Assembly (NCBI GenBank): GCA_965224245.1 | Contig: OZ245046.1 | Coordinates: 3,120,484-3,184,483 of the forward strand | Length of the DNA: 64,000 nucleotides | Source of the DNA: Candidatus Eiseniibacteriota bacterium | Lineage (GTDB): Bacteria > Eisenbacteria > RBG-16-71-46 > CAZAMP01 | Direction of reading: 5' to 3' | Shown here: positions 9,595 through 18,472 of the stretch, piece by piece | Layout: each line of letters begins with the position of its first letter | Numbering within the stretch: position 1 is the first letter of the stretch | Program-made: the position numbers and the translations under genes | Notes under the pieces: generated by a model | Told to the model about the DNA's origin: nothing | Database searches by the model: none | What the model saw: the letters and a program-made list of their open reading frames with translations, nothing else

Positions 9595-12500
9595 CTACTC
9601 CCCGGCGCCACGATCGGATCCTCGGGCACGCCGCGGATCGCCGAGGTAGATGAAGGGGGCCCAGTAGTAGGGGTGAGGGTGGATCGTCGCGAAGCGTCGC
9701 TTCGCGCTCGCGATCGTCCCGAGGACGTCGCGCTCGCCAGACAGCACCGCTTCGTAGATCTCGCCCATGAGCTCGGCGTTTCGGCTGTCGTCGACCTGCC
9801 ACTGACTGGCCAGCACCGCGTCCGCCCCGGCGTGAAGGAACCCCCACGGCAGACTCATGACCGTGTCACCGACCCGAACGCCGTGTCCGGAGTGGCACGC
9901 CGACAGGACGACGAGCTCGCATCCGGAGAGCCGGCCGACCCAGCTGCGGAGGAGATCCTCCAGCCGCAGGAATCCGATGTCGTCCACCGACGGGAGCTCG
10001 GGCGGGGTCAGTGCCAGGCTGGCATCGTAGGGCTGCGTGCTCGAGCCTGCGATCCCGTGCGTGGCGATGTGCAGGAAGCGCGCACCCGGCGCCGCCGCTT
10101 CGACCGCGGGCACGGTGGCGCGCGCACCGAGGAGGAGCGTCGTGGGCAGCCCCGCCGTCTCCGCGACGCGGCGGATCCGGGTCGCCTCCTCGCGGGAGCC
10201 GGGCAGCGGCGCGAGCCGCCCCCCGTAGAGCCGGATGTCGTCGAGCGAGAGCAGCTCGACCTCGGACAGACCTGCACGCTCGGAGGGCACGGTCGAGGCG
10301 AGCAGGTCCTCGCCGGCCGACGCGCGACCAAAGTCGGGATCGGCCACGATGACGAGATCGCGTGCCCCGGCCGCCGCGTCGAGCTTCGACCCGGCTCGAC
10401 CCCGCTGATGGACGAACTCGGTCGCGCTCTCCACGTACACGACGTCGGGCCCCTCGAAGAGCCAGAACTCCTCGGGTCGGGCGACCGTCGTGTCCACCGG
10501 GCTCTCCGTGGGAATCAGTGCTTCGAACGGTATGTCGCGGAGCACGCCATCGCGCGCGAGGATCAACCGGTCCGCTGCCATCGCGCGATCGCGGATCTCC
10601 GGCAGCAGCGCGAGGTCGAACGCCTCGCGGAGGGCTCGCGACAGCTCGGACGACATCGTCCCGGGCGCGAACGGATCGGGGCGCCGCTCGAGCTGCCCGC
10701 GCAGCCGGGTCAGACGCTCGCGAAGCACCCGCATCTCATCCCGCGCCCGGATCGACGCGGTGGTGATCGGCTGCGCGGACTCGGGGGTGACCAGCGTCGC
10801 CACGATGATCGTCCCGCCCCAGAGGTAGTCGAGGTACACCTCCCCCGGCTCCAGCGCGGCACGCAGGTCGTCGAACGAGATCGCCGACGCGATCTCGTAT
10901 TCCCCGGCGTGACTGCTGCCGCGGAGCTCCGCCTCCTCGGCCCTGAGCTGCGCTCGAAGGTCGGTGACGCGATCGCGCTGACGAGCGATCGCCTCGTCGC
11001 TCGAGCCGTCCAATCCGTCATCCGGATCCACGAGACGCATCAGCTCGGACTCGGCCTGCACGAGCTGCTGGCGACGCGATCTCACCCGACGCTGGAGACT
11101 GTCGGCGCCGGCCGCCTCGGCGCCGGCGCGCAGGAAGTCGAGAAACGCACGGGAACGGCCGCGCTCACGGTAGTGAAAACACGCGGCCGGATCGTCCAGG
11201 TGGTACGACGACAGCGCCGCACGGCGGCACATCGCGTCGTGCCTCAGCCGGCCCGCCCGTCGCGCTCGCCAGCGCTCATCGCCCGACGTCTCCCGGAGGA
11301 TCCTCTCCGCGTGAAGAACCGCCTCGACCGCGGCCGCCCGGCAGGCCTCGTAGTCGGGCGGGATCGCGGCGACCATCATGCTCAGACCGTCCAGTAGCTC
11401 GATCAGCACCGGGTGATCGGCGTCGAGGGAATCTCTGGCGAGCCGGGCGGCGTCCCGGAGGGTGGCGATCGCCAGATCGATCCGGTGGTTGTTGGAGCAG
11501 TGCTGTGCCAGAGAGCGCATGAGCCGGATGCGCGACACGAGGCTCCCGGGTTGCTCACGCTCCACGAGCTCGATCCGGCTCTGCATGACGGCGACGGCGC
11601 CGTCGGGATCGGTGTCGCGAAGAGCCCCTGCACGCATCAGCAGGAGGTCGAGCTGGACGTCCACGGGATACTCGTGCCATTCATCCACCGGCAGCCTGGC
11701 GGTGGCATACGCCATCGCGGAGTCCGCACCGACGTCATAGTAGAGGGTCGCCGCGTGCAGCCCGACCGCATTGATGTAGGCCGTGCGTCCCTCATCGGTG
11801 TCGGATTCCGCGCGCCGCATGATCTCGGCCACGACGTCCCGCGCGTCGTCGCGGCGGCCCCCGAGGTGATAGATCATCCCGACGTTGTGGAGAGCCGCGA
11901 GCGTCTGGGGACTGCTCGGACCCGTGTTCTCCTCGAAGTGGCGAACCGCCTCCCGAAGTAGCGCCGCACCGGTGGTGACGTCCCCTTTCCACCGATAGCT
12001 GACCGCGAGCTCGTTGCACGTGGTCGTCAGGTCGATGACGTGGCCGCCGGCGGCCTCGAAGATCTCCCGTGCACGCATCAGGACCGGAAGCGCCGCGTCG
12101 AACCGGCGCTCGATGTTGAGCAGCGCTCCGTAGAGCCTGAGCGTCCTCGCGTGCTGGGGGTGCTCGGGGTGCACCGCGACCTCGTCGATGCGCAGCGCCT
12201 CGCTCACCGGCTCGACGGCCAGGTCCGCCCGATCGCGAGCGATGAGTGCCTGGCCCAGCGCGCACAGAATGCGTGAGAGCTCTCGGTGATCGGAGCCGAG
12301 GTGCTCCCTCCACACCTCCGCGGCACGGGCGAGTCGCGCCACGAGGACCTCGGGAGCGTCGTACTCCCCGGGCCAGAGCTCGTCCTCGGTCAGCTCGGCC
12401 CGGACGACGTCAGCTCGGATCGAGTCGGGCAGTGCCGCGATCGTGCCCAGCGTCTCGTCGAGATCGGCGAGCTCGAGACGCCGCCACGTCGGCGTGTCGT

Positions 12501-12738
12501 CGGAGAGGTTGGACCGGGCCCGGGAGACGAGCTCGCGTGCCTCGACGTAGCGTCCCTCGATCCTCAGTCGTCGGATCGTGCCATCGAGCGTGTCGGCCGG
12601 CGACACGGCCACGATGGCGTCGCGGCCGCCACCGGATCCGGTCGGCTCGGAGAACTCCGCGTCCTTCACGTCGCAGCCGATGAGCACGAGCCCCGCCAGG
12701 ACGGTCATCACGATCGGACGTCGCCGACGCTCAGCCAT
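9595..12738 (-). CDS. TPR-repeat / CHAT-domain (caspase-like peptidase) lipoprotein
   Basis: The start MAERRRRPIVMTVLAGLVLIGC carries a lipobox. A long TPR region is followed by a CHAT domain with a His/Cys dyad context: FLHIATHGIA and ELVVLSACHSGHG. It overlaps the anti-sigma stop by 8 nt. Confidence 0.75.
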   Translation of the reverse strand: MAERRRRPIVMTVLAGLVLIGCDVKDAEFSEPTGSGGGRDAIVAVSPADTLDGTIRRLRIEGRYVEARELVSRARSNLSDDTPTWRRLELADLDETLGTIAALPDSIRADVVRAELTEDELWPGEYDAPEVLVARLARAAEVWREHLGSDHRELSRILCALGQALIARDRADLAVEPVSEALRIDEVAVHPEHPQHARTLRLYGALLNIERRFDAALPVLMRAREIFEAAGGHVIDLTTTCNELAVSYRWKGDVTTGAALLREAVRHFEENTGPSSPQTLAALHNVGMIYHLGGRRDDARDVVAEIMRRAESDTDEGRTAYINAVGLHAATLYYDVGADSAMAYATARLPVDEWHEYPVDVQLDLLLMRAGALRDTDPDGAVAVMQSRIELVEREQPGSLVSRIRLMRSLAQHCSNNHRIDLAIATLRDAARLARDSLDADHPVLIELLDGLSMMVAAIPPDYEACRAAAVEAVLHAERILRETSGDERWRARRAGRLRHDAMCRRAALSSYHLDDPAACFHYRERGRSRAFLDFLRAGAEAAGADSLQRRVRSRRQQLVQAESELMRLVDPDDGLDGSSDEAIARQRDRVTDLRAQLRAEEAELRGSSHAGEYEIASAISFDDLRAALEPGEVYLDYLWGGTIIVATLVTPESAQPITTASIRARDEMRVLRERLTRLRGQLERRPDPFAPGTMSSELSRALREAFDLALLPEIRDRAMAADRLILARDGVLRDIPFEALIPTESPVDTTVARPEEFWLFEGPDVVYVESATEFVHQRGRAGSKLDAAAGARDLVIVADPDFGRASAGEDLLASTVPSERAGLSEVELLSLDDIRLYGGRLAPLPGSREEATRIRRVAETAGLPTTLLLGARATVPAVEAAAPGARFLHIATHGIAGSSTQPYDASLALTPPELPSVDDIGFLRLEDLLRSWVGRLSGCELVVLSACHSGHGVRVGDTVMSLPWGFLHAGADAVLASQWQVDDSRNAELMGEIYEAVLSGERDVLGTIASAKRRFATIHPHPYYWAPFIYLGDPRRARGSDRGAGE

Positions 12739-13567
12739 CACCGATCTTGATCCTGAACGGGAGTCGGGCCGCCGGGCGAGCACGATCCGGTGGTGTGCCC
12801 ACCCAGATCTGGAGCTCCGCGTCCGTGTCGGCGTCGGGGCGGGGAACGCGCACGACCAGCACGTCCGGCTCCTCCAGGTGAGGCGTCTCGATCACCACCG
12901 CGTCGCGGTCCGTCACGAGGGCCAGCGTCCAGTCGGCTCGCCTCGGAACGAGCTCGGCCGGAAGCACGATCACGATCTCCGGGTCGCTCTCGGACGCCGT
13001 GACCTCGGCGACCTGCCCCCGGACCGAGTCCAGCCGGACCCAGGGCACCACGCTCGCCTCCGGTGCCGGCGACTCCTCACCGAGCCGCACCACCAGGAGC
13101 ACGGCACAGGCGGCCGTCGCGACCAGGGCCCATCCGGCCGCCAGACGCGATCCCAGCGCCGGCCACCGGCGGCGACGCACGTGCCCGGTGGCGGCCGGGT
13201 AACGCGCATCGCCGGTCGTACCGAGAGCCGTGACGACCGCGTCCGATGCCGTGTGAGTGGGTCCGGTCGGGAGCTCCAGGGCGCCACGGCACAGGGCACA
13301 GCGCTCGAGATGGCGCTCGGCGATCTCTCGCTCGACTCGACCCAGACGATCCCGGATGCGTGGCCAGGACGCGAGGAACGCGACGGGGAGATGCTCGCCG
13401 GAGAACGCGTGAGGCTCGGCCGCCTGCGCGGCGAGCACACGATCGTAGAGCTCGCGGCAGTCGTCGTCCTCGAGCAGCAGGGCCTGGAATCGCTCGTGGT
13501 CGCGATCGGAGAGAAGACCGCTCTCGTACCCGATCACGTGATCACGGAACCACTCGCGGTCGCTCAC
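12731..13567 (-). CDS. Zinc-binding (ZAS, HxxxCxxC) transmembrane anti-sigma factor
   Basis: A GTG start overlaps the sigma-factor stop (GTGA). The ZAS motif is HLERCALCRG. One transmembrane helix is WALVATAACAVLLVV, followed by an extracytoplasmic domain. Confidence 0.6.
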   Translation of the reverse strand: MSDREWFRDHVIGYESGLLSDRDHERFQALLLEDDDCRELYDRVLAAQAAEPHAFSGEHLPVAFLASWPRIRDRLGRVEREIAERHLERCALCRGALELPTGPTHTASDAVVTALGTTGDARYPAATGHVRRRRWPALGSRLAAGWALVATAACAVLLVVRLGEESPAPEASVVPWVRLDSVRGQVAEVTASESDPEIVIVLPAELVPRRADWTLALVTDRDAVVIETPHLEEPDVLVVRVPRPDADTDAELQIWVGTPPDRARPAARLPFRIKIGDG

Positions 13568-14139
13568 GCCAGCGCCTCCCTGAGAATCTCCGAGAGCATC
13601 GTGAGCTCGTCGTCGCGATCGATCCTCGTACGCAGCGTGCTCAGACACCGGGACCAGCGCTGTCGGAGCGCCGCGTGGGTCGAGTCGAGCTCCGTCGCCA
13701 CGTCCTTCCAGGTGCGCTTCGCGAAGTACGCCTCGGCCAGGCGGTGACACTCGGTCCCGCGACCGAGCGCTTCGGCGACGAGGAAGCGGACCCAGGCGAT
13801 CGCATCCAGGTCGTTCGCCGGCCTCGCACTCGCCGTCGCGCTCTCGTGCTCGGTCAGGGGCGACGTGTACTTCGACACCACCTTCGAATGACGGAGGAAC
13901 GAAAGGGCCTGACGCTTGGCGACCGTCGTCATGAAGGCCTCGTGGTTCTCGATCGCCTGCGTGTCCATGCTTCGGTAGACCCCGATCAGTGCTTGCTGGG
14001 TCACGTCCTCGATCTCCGCCGGATCCCGCCCCCGCAGCGTCCGGGCCACGACGTCACGAATGAACCGCCGTGCCCAGGCCCAGTCGATTTCGGGCTCCGG
14101 ATGCCTCCGAGGGCCGGATGACGGATCGATGGGGAGCAT
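13564..14139 (-). CDS. ECF-family RNA polymerase sigma-70 factor
   Basis: Region-2-like sequence is VTQQALIGVYRSM...FMTTVAKRQALSFLR. A region-4 helix-turn-helix lies near the C-terminus (TWKDVATELDSTHAALRQRWSRCL). The gene is 191 aa and translationally coupled to the anti-sigma factor. Confidence 0.8.
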   Translation of the reverse strand: MLPIDPSSGPRRHPEPEIDWAWARRFIRDVVARTLRGRDPAEIEDVTQQALIGVYRSMDTQAIENHEAFMTTVAKRQALSFLRHSKVVSKYTSPLTEHESATASARPANDLDAIAWVRFLVAEALGRGTECHRLAEAYFAKRTWKDVATELDSTHAALRQRWSRCLSTLRTRIDRDDELTMLSEILREALA

Positions 14140-14361
14140 GAGGTACCTCCGGCTGGCGGCCGCAACGAGCTGTCGTGGCGCAGCTTAGCAACCGGGGAGG
14201 ATCTTGCTCCACCCGAAACTCATCTCCAACGACGCTCCGCCGCTCCCGGTGTGACGCGATCTCCCGGTGTCACACCGTCCTCCTCCTCGCGTCGTTTCGG
14301 CCAACGCGCTGCCCCGGCCGGGAGCGGCGACTCGACCCACGCACCAACATCGGAGGCCGTC

Positions 14362-15489
14362 ATGTCAGTCCCCGTCGTCGAACCGTCCCAGACCGCCCGG
14401 CTCTCGCGCCTCATGGCCGAGGATCCGGCGCTCGGCGCTCGCTTCCGCCGGCTCCGGCGCTTCTCGGCGCGCGTTCGCGTCTCGGAGTACCACTTGACCA
14501 ACGCCTGCAACCTGCGGTGCCGCGGCTGCTGGTTCTTCGAGTTCGGCCACGACCGCGACAGCCGCGAGGTGACCGATCTGGGACGCCTCGACGCGTTCGT
14601 GCGCTCCGAGCGCGAGCGTCGCATCAACACCGCGCTCCTGATCGGGGGCGAGCCGACCCTGGTCCCCGAGCGAATCGACGTGTTCAGGCGGCACATGACC
14701 CACGTGACGATCTCCACCAATGGGCTGCATCCCCTTCCGTACGACGGATACGAGGACGTCGCGATCGGGGTGACGTTGTTCGGAGGTGGTCCGCTCGACG
14801 ACGAGCTCCGAGCGATCCGACCCGGAGGACGCCGCTTCCGCGGCCTGTTCGATCGCGCGCTCACGAGCTATCGCGACGATCCGCGCGTGGGGTTCATCTA
14901 CGCCGTCACCGAGAACGGCATCGACCACGTCGAGGACACCGTCGCGCGCATCGCCGACAACGGCAACCGGGTCACGTTCAACTTCTACAGCGCCTACGGG
15001 ACGGACGACCCGCTGGCGATGACCCAGCAAGCGCGACTTCTCGACGAGCTGCTGCGCGTGCGATCGGCGTACCCGGACGTGGTCATGAGCCACCCCACGT
15101 ACATACGTGCGCTCATCACCGGTCGCACCTCATGGGGGACTTTCGGCTACGAGACCTGTCCCTCGATCAGCGTCGACCACCCGGCGCACGCCGAACGCAT
15201 CCGGAACGGCAACCCGGTCCTCCCCCGTTTTGCCACGTGGGGGGCCGATCTGGAGACCCTCAAGACGTGCTGCACGTCGGGACATTGCGACGGCTGCCGG
15301 GACAGCCAGGCGGTTCAGAGCTGGCTCCTCGTGAGCAGCCGTCACTTTCTCGATGACCTCTCCACTCTCCGGACGTGGGTGGAGCTGGCGGAGTCCTACT
15401 GGAGCCAGTTCGTGTGGAGCCCGTGGAGCCCACACCACCGAGATCACGTCGTTCGCGTCCCGCAGCTCGTCCCGGAGTGTGGCGCATGA
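14362..15489 (+). CDS. Radical SAM enzyme with a C-terminal Cys cluster (SPASM/twitch- or DUF3463/HpnH-like)
   Basis: A GGAGG ribosome-binding site lies 7 nt before ATG 14362. The CX3CX2C motif is HLTNACNLRCRGCWFF. The C-terminal cluster is CCTSGHCDGCRD. The gene is about 375 aa. Confidence 0.7.
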   Translation: MSVPVVEPSQTARLSRLMAEDPALGARFRRLRRFSARVRVSEYHLTNACNLRCRGCWFFEFGHDRDSREVTDLGRLDAFVRSERERRINTALLIGGEPTLVPERIDVFRRHMTHVTISTNGLHPLPYDGYEDVAIGVTLFGGGPLDDELRAIRPGGRRFRGLFDRALTSYRDDPRVGFIYAVTENGIDHVEDTVARIADNGNRVTFNFYSAYGTDDPLAMTQQARLLDELLRVRSAYPDVVMSHPTYIRALITGRTSWGTFGYETCPSISVDHPAHAERIRNGNPVLPRFATWGADLETLKTCCTSGHCDGCRDSQAVQSWLLVSSRHFLDDLSTLRTWVELAESYWSQFVWSPWSPHHRDHVVRVPQLVPECGA

Positions 15490-15977
15490 GGAGACATGAC
15501 ACGTCCCCGACCCGAGAAAGCGTCCGGTCCCCCGGCACGCAGGCGCTCGCTCGCATCGAGGCGCTGCCGATCGTGAAGCACCTCGGGCTCGAGATCGGGC
15601 TCGACGACACCGGCACCGCGAGGGCGTGGCTGTCGAGCGTCGAGCCCTTTCACCTGGGCGGACTCGAGGAAGCGGTGCTGAACGGCGGCATCGTGCTGTC
15701 TCTGCTCGACGCGGTCGTCGCGTCGGCGGCTCTCGTCCACGTGGGTCGAGGACGGTGCGGGACGGTCCAGCTGAACGCGCAGATCGCACGTCCGGTTCCG
15801 GCGCGTCGCAGCGTCGCCGTCGGACGCATCACCGACGGCGGCCGCCGGCTGCTGTTCGCCGAGGCGTGGATCGAGCACCCGATCCACGGAGTCATGGCCC
15901 GCGCATCCGCGGTTCTCGCCCGGCTGCCGTGTCACACCCGGGCGGGCGAGGAGACGTGTCAGATGAGGCCCGAGTAA
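15486..15977 (+). CDS. PaaI/4HBT-type hotdog-fold thioesterase
   Basis: Its ATG overlaps the radical SAM stop (ATGA). The motif PIVKHLGLEIG...FHLGGLEEAVLNGGIVLSLLD is typical of the PaaI family. The gene is 163 aa. Confidence 0.55.
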   Translation: MRRHDTSPTRESVRSPGTQALARIEALPIVKHLGLEIGLDDTGTARAWLSSVEPFHLGGLEEAVLNGGIVLSLLDAVVASAALVHVGRGRCGTVQLNAQIARPVPARRSVAVGRITDGGRRLLFAEAWIEHPIHGVMARASAVLARLPCHTRAGEETCQMRPE

Positions 15978-16007
15978 CGACACGCGACCCTTTCCAGGAG
16001 GACACCG

Positions 16008-17567
16008 ATGCAGAACGCGAGCTCATCACCCGCTTCGGCCATCCAGCGCCCGACGAGCGCCCCGGAAGCCTCGAGATCTCTCATCCGTGCCGGCGGCGTG
16101 CGGGTCGGCCTCGTCCTGAGTGCGATCGCGCTCGCCGCGGCCGTGCCCACGCGAGGGCGCGCCGAGATCATCCACGTCCCGGCGGACTACCCGACCGTGG
16201 CCGGCGCGCTGCTCGCCGCGCAGGCCGGTGACGAGATCGTCCTGGCCTGCCAGGAGCACGTGGGACCGGCCGTTCTCGGTCCCGACCGGGACGGCGTGAT
16301 CATCCGCGCCGCCACCGACGGGTGTGCCACGTACACCGGTCGGCTCGAGCTCGAGTCTTCCGTCACCATCGAAGGCCTCCTGTTCGACGCCGGAGACGTC
16401 TTTCACGACGGATCGATGGAGCCGATCGAGCTCCGGATCCGTCGGACGCGCTTCACGGGCGCTCCGCAACCGATCTGGGTCGGCTCGGCCGACGTCGACC
16501 TGACCGACGTGGTCGTCGATCAGGGCGGGCTCACGATCCAGGCGGGTCGTGTCCGGATCTCCGGGAGCACGTTCATCACGCACGGCGTCATGGCGCCGTC
16601 GCTGAGCTCGCTAACGATCGAGAACAGCACGTTCGGAGATGGTCGGACCCTCTGCCAGTCCTACATGGGCCTGGACCCCGAGGGCACGTTCGAGATCTCC
16701 GACTGTCACTTCCAGCACTCCACGGTGCAGATCAACCCGGACACGAGCTCTGACGCCCCCGTGATCACCTTCCGCGGATGCACGTTCGAGGACGGGAGAC
16801 AGGGGCGTCGTGCGATCCATGCGACGTACGTCGGAGCCGTCTTCGAGGACTGCTCGTTCCTCGGCAACGCCGGGGTCGCGGTGAGGATCGACAGGGCGAG
16901 GCACCCGGTGCAGCTCGACTCCTGTCGTTTCGTCGGCAACGGTGAAGCACTGCAGATCTTCTCTCCGTTGCAGCCCGTTCAGCTCCGATCCTGCGTGTTC
17001 CTGGAGAGCGATCGGGGCGCCGTCCACCTCGGGCTGGGGGCGACCGGTGAGGCGTCCTTCGTCGGCTGTACGTTCTCCCGCAACGTCGGCTCAGCGGGCG
17101 CCATCGCCAACGGATGGTACGGACTGGCGGGTGGTCGGATCCGGATCGAGGAATCGACGTTCTTCGAGAACGCGGCCAACAGCCAGTACGGCGTCGCACA
17201 CATCAACGCCCGAGACGCCGAGCTCGTCATGTCGGAGTGTGTCGTCTACGGGGGCACGGGAACCTGCAGCGTCGCGACCGGCGAGGGTGCGGTCGACGTC
17301 TCCTGCACGGACATCTACGGGATCGAGAACGGACACGACTGGACCGGCTGCAGCGCGTCCCTGGCCGCCCAGCTGGGCGCGCACGGAAACGTCTCGTCGG
17401 ATCCGATGTTCTGCCGCGAGGACCCGCACGGGGCGGAGGACTGGAGCGTGGACGAGGCCTCGCCCACCCAGGTCGACGGGTGCGCCATGGGCGCCTGGCC
17501 GGCGTCGAGCTGCGTCGTTCCGATCGAGAGCGTGTCCTGGGGTCGGCTCAAGTCCAGCTACAGATGA
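16008..17567 (+). CDS. Secreted right-handed parallel beta-helix repeat protein
   Basis: A signal-like hydrophobic stretch is VGLVLSAIALAAA. Repetitive beta-helix rungs are rich in G, T, S, N and C (SCRFVGNGEALQIF, GCTFSRNVGSAG). The start is uncertain. Confidence 0.5.
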   Translation: MQNASSSPASAIQRPTSAPEASRSLIRAGGVRVGLVLSAIALAAAVPTRGRAEIIHVPADYPTVAGALLAAQAGDEIVLACQEHVGPAVLGPDRDGVIIRAATDGCATYTGRLELESSVTIEGLLFDAGDVFHDGSMEPIELRIRRTRFTGAPQPIWVGSADVDLTDVVVDQGGLTIQAGRVRISGSTFITHGVMAPSLSSLTIENSTFGDGRTLCQSYMGLDPEGTFEISDCHFQHSTVQINPDTSSDAPVITFRGCTFEDGRQGRRAIHATYVGAVFEDCSFLGNAGVAVRIDRARHPVQLDSCRFVGNGEALQIFSPLQPVQLRSCVFLESDRGAVHLGLGATGEASFVGCTFSRNVGSAGAIANGWYGLAGGRIRIEESTFFENAANSQYGVAHINARDAELVMSECVVYGGTGTCSVATGEGAVDVSCTDIYGIENGHDWTGCSASLAAQLGAHGNVSSDPMFCREDPHGAEDWSVDEASPTQVDGCAMGAWPASSCVVPIESVSWGRLKSSYR

Positions 17568-17680
17568 CGGCCGGTCACGCGGCGCCCCGGCGCCAGGAGC
17601 CCGGCGCGGCGCTCTGTTCGGCAGGAGCAGCGAGAATCGGATCTCGCAAACCATCACCACGTTTCCACGGAGTGTCACAC

Positions 17681-18223
17681 ATGACCCGCACACATCCACC
17701 GATCTCCTCGGGCCCCTCACGCCGCGTCCGCCGACTCGGCCCGGTGGTCTTGCTCGTCGCGATCGCACTCTGCAGCTGTGAGAAGAAGCCGAGGATCGCC
17801 GAGCCCGATCCCGAGTCGTTTCGGATCTGGGTCGACGGCGAGCGAGCCGACATCGTCCACCGCGAAGTGGGCGTCTACGGTGGGTTCCAGGTGTCCGGTG
17901 TGATCCGGCTCGCCGACGACTTTGCACAGTTCGGGTTCTTCACCCCCCTGATCGAGCCCGGCACCTACGTGTTCGACACCGACTCGCTGGTCGGGGGACT
18001 CGGGATCATCGAGCCCGGGGAGGACGCACCGCGCGTGCTCTACTCGACCTGTGCGCTCCCCGATCCGGGCTCGATCACGATCGAGTCGGTGGAGGACGGT
18101 CGGTACACCGGCTGGTCGGAGTTCGACGCCGCGGAGATCGACGGTGCCGGAGGCTGCATGCCGGTCGGAGATCGACGCGTCCGGGTGAGATGCGAGTTCG
18201 ACGTCACGGCTCGGACCGAGTGA
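17681..18223 (+). CDS. Hypothetical lipoprotein
   Basis: The internal start in ORF 17114..18223 is MTRTHPP...LGPVVLLVAIALCSCEKK, which carries a lipobox. It is 180 aa with non-biased composition. Confidence 0.45.
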   Translation: MTRTHPPISSGPSRRVRRLGPVVLLVAIALCSCEKKPRIAEPDPESFRIWVDGERADIVHREVGVYGGFQVSGVIRLADDFAQFGFFTPLIEPGTYVFDTDSLVGGLGIIEPGEDAPRVLYSTCALPDPGSITIESVEDGRYTGWSEFDAAEIDGAGGCMPVGDRRVRVRCEFDVTARTE

Positions 18224-18267
18224 GCCTGTCACGTCGCACGTGGTATACAGGCCGACGGGATCGGGTC

Positions 18268-18295
18268 GAGGCCGGTGTGCCTCGACCCCAAACCG
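18268..18295 (+). terminator. GC-rich hairpin downstream of the lipoprotein gene
   Basis: The sequence GGGTCGAGGCcggtgtGCCTCGACCC is a perfect 10-bp stem. It has no U-tract, which is common in high-GC genomes. Confidence 0.3.
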
Positions 18296-18472
18296 CTGTT
18301 CGGTCGAATGGCCCGGAGCCCGGGCCTCCCTACCGTCGAGACAAGCCGCCCCCGATGATCGAAATGTGACCCCTCCGTGAGGAACTGACGCCATTCGATC
18401 TCTAGGCTGCGAAGCGGTCTTGAAACGAGACCCGTGCTTTGCCGTCGTTCAACCGATCCCAGGAGGTACCAC

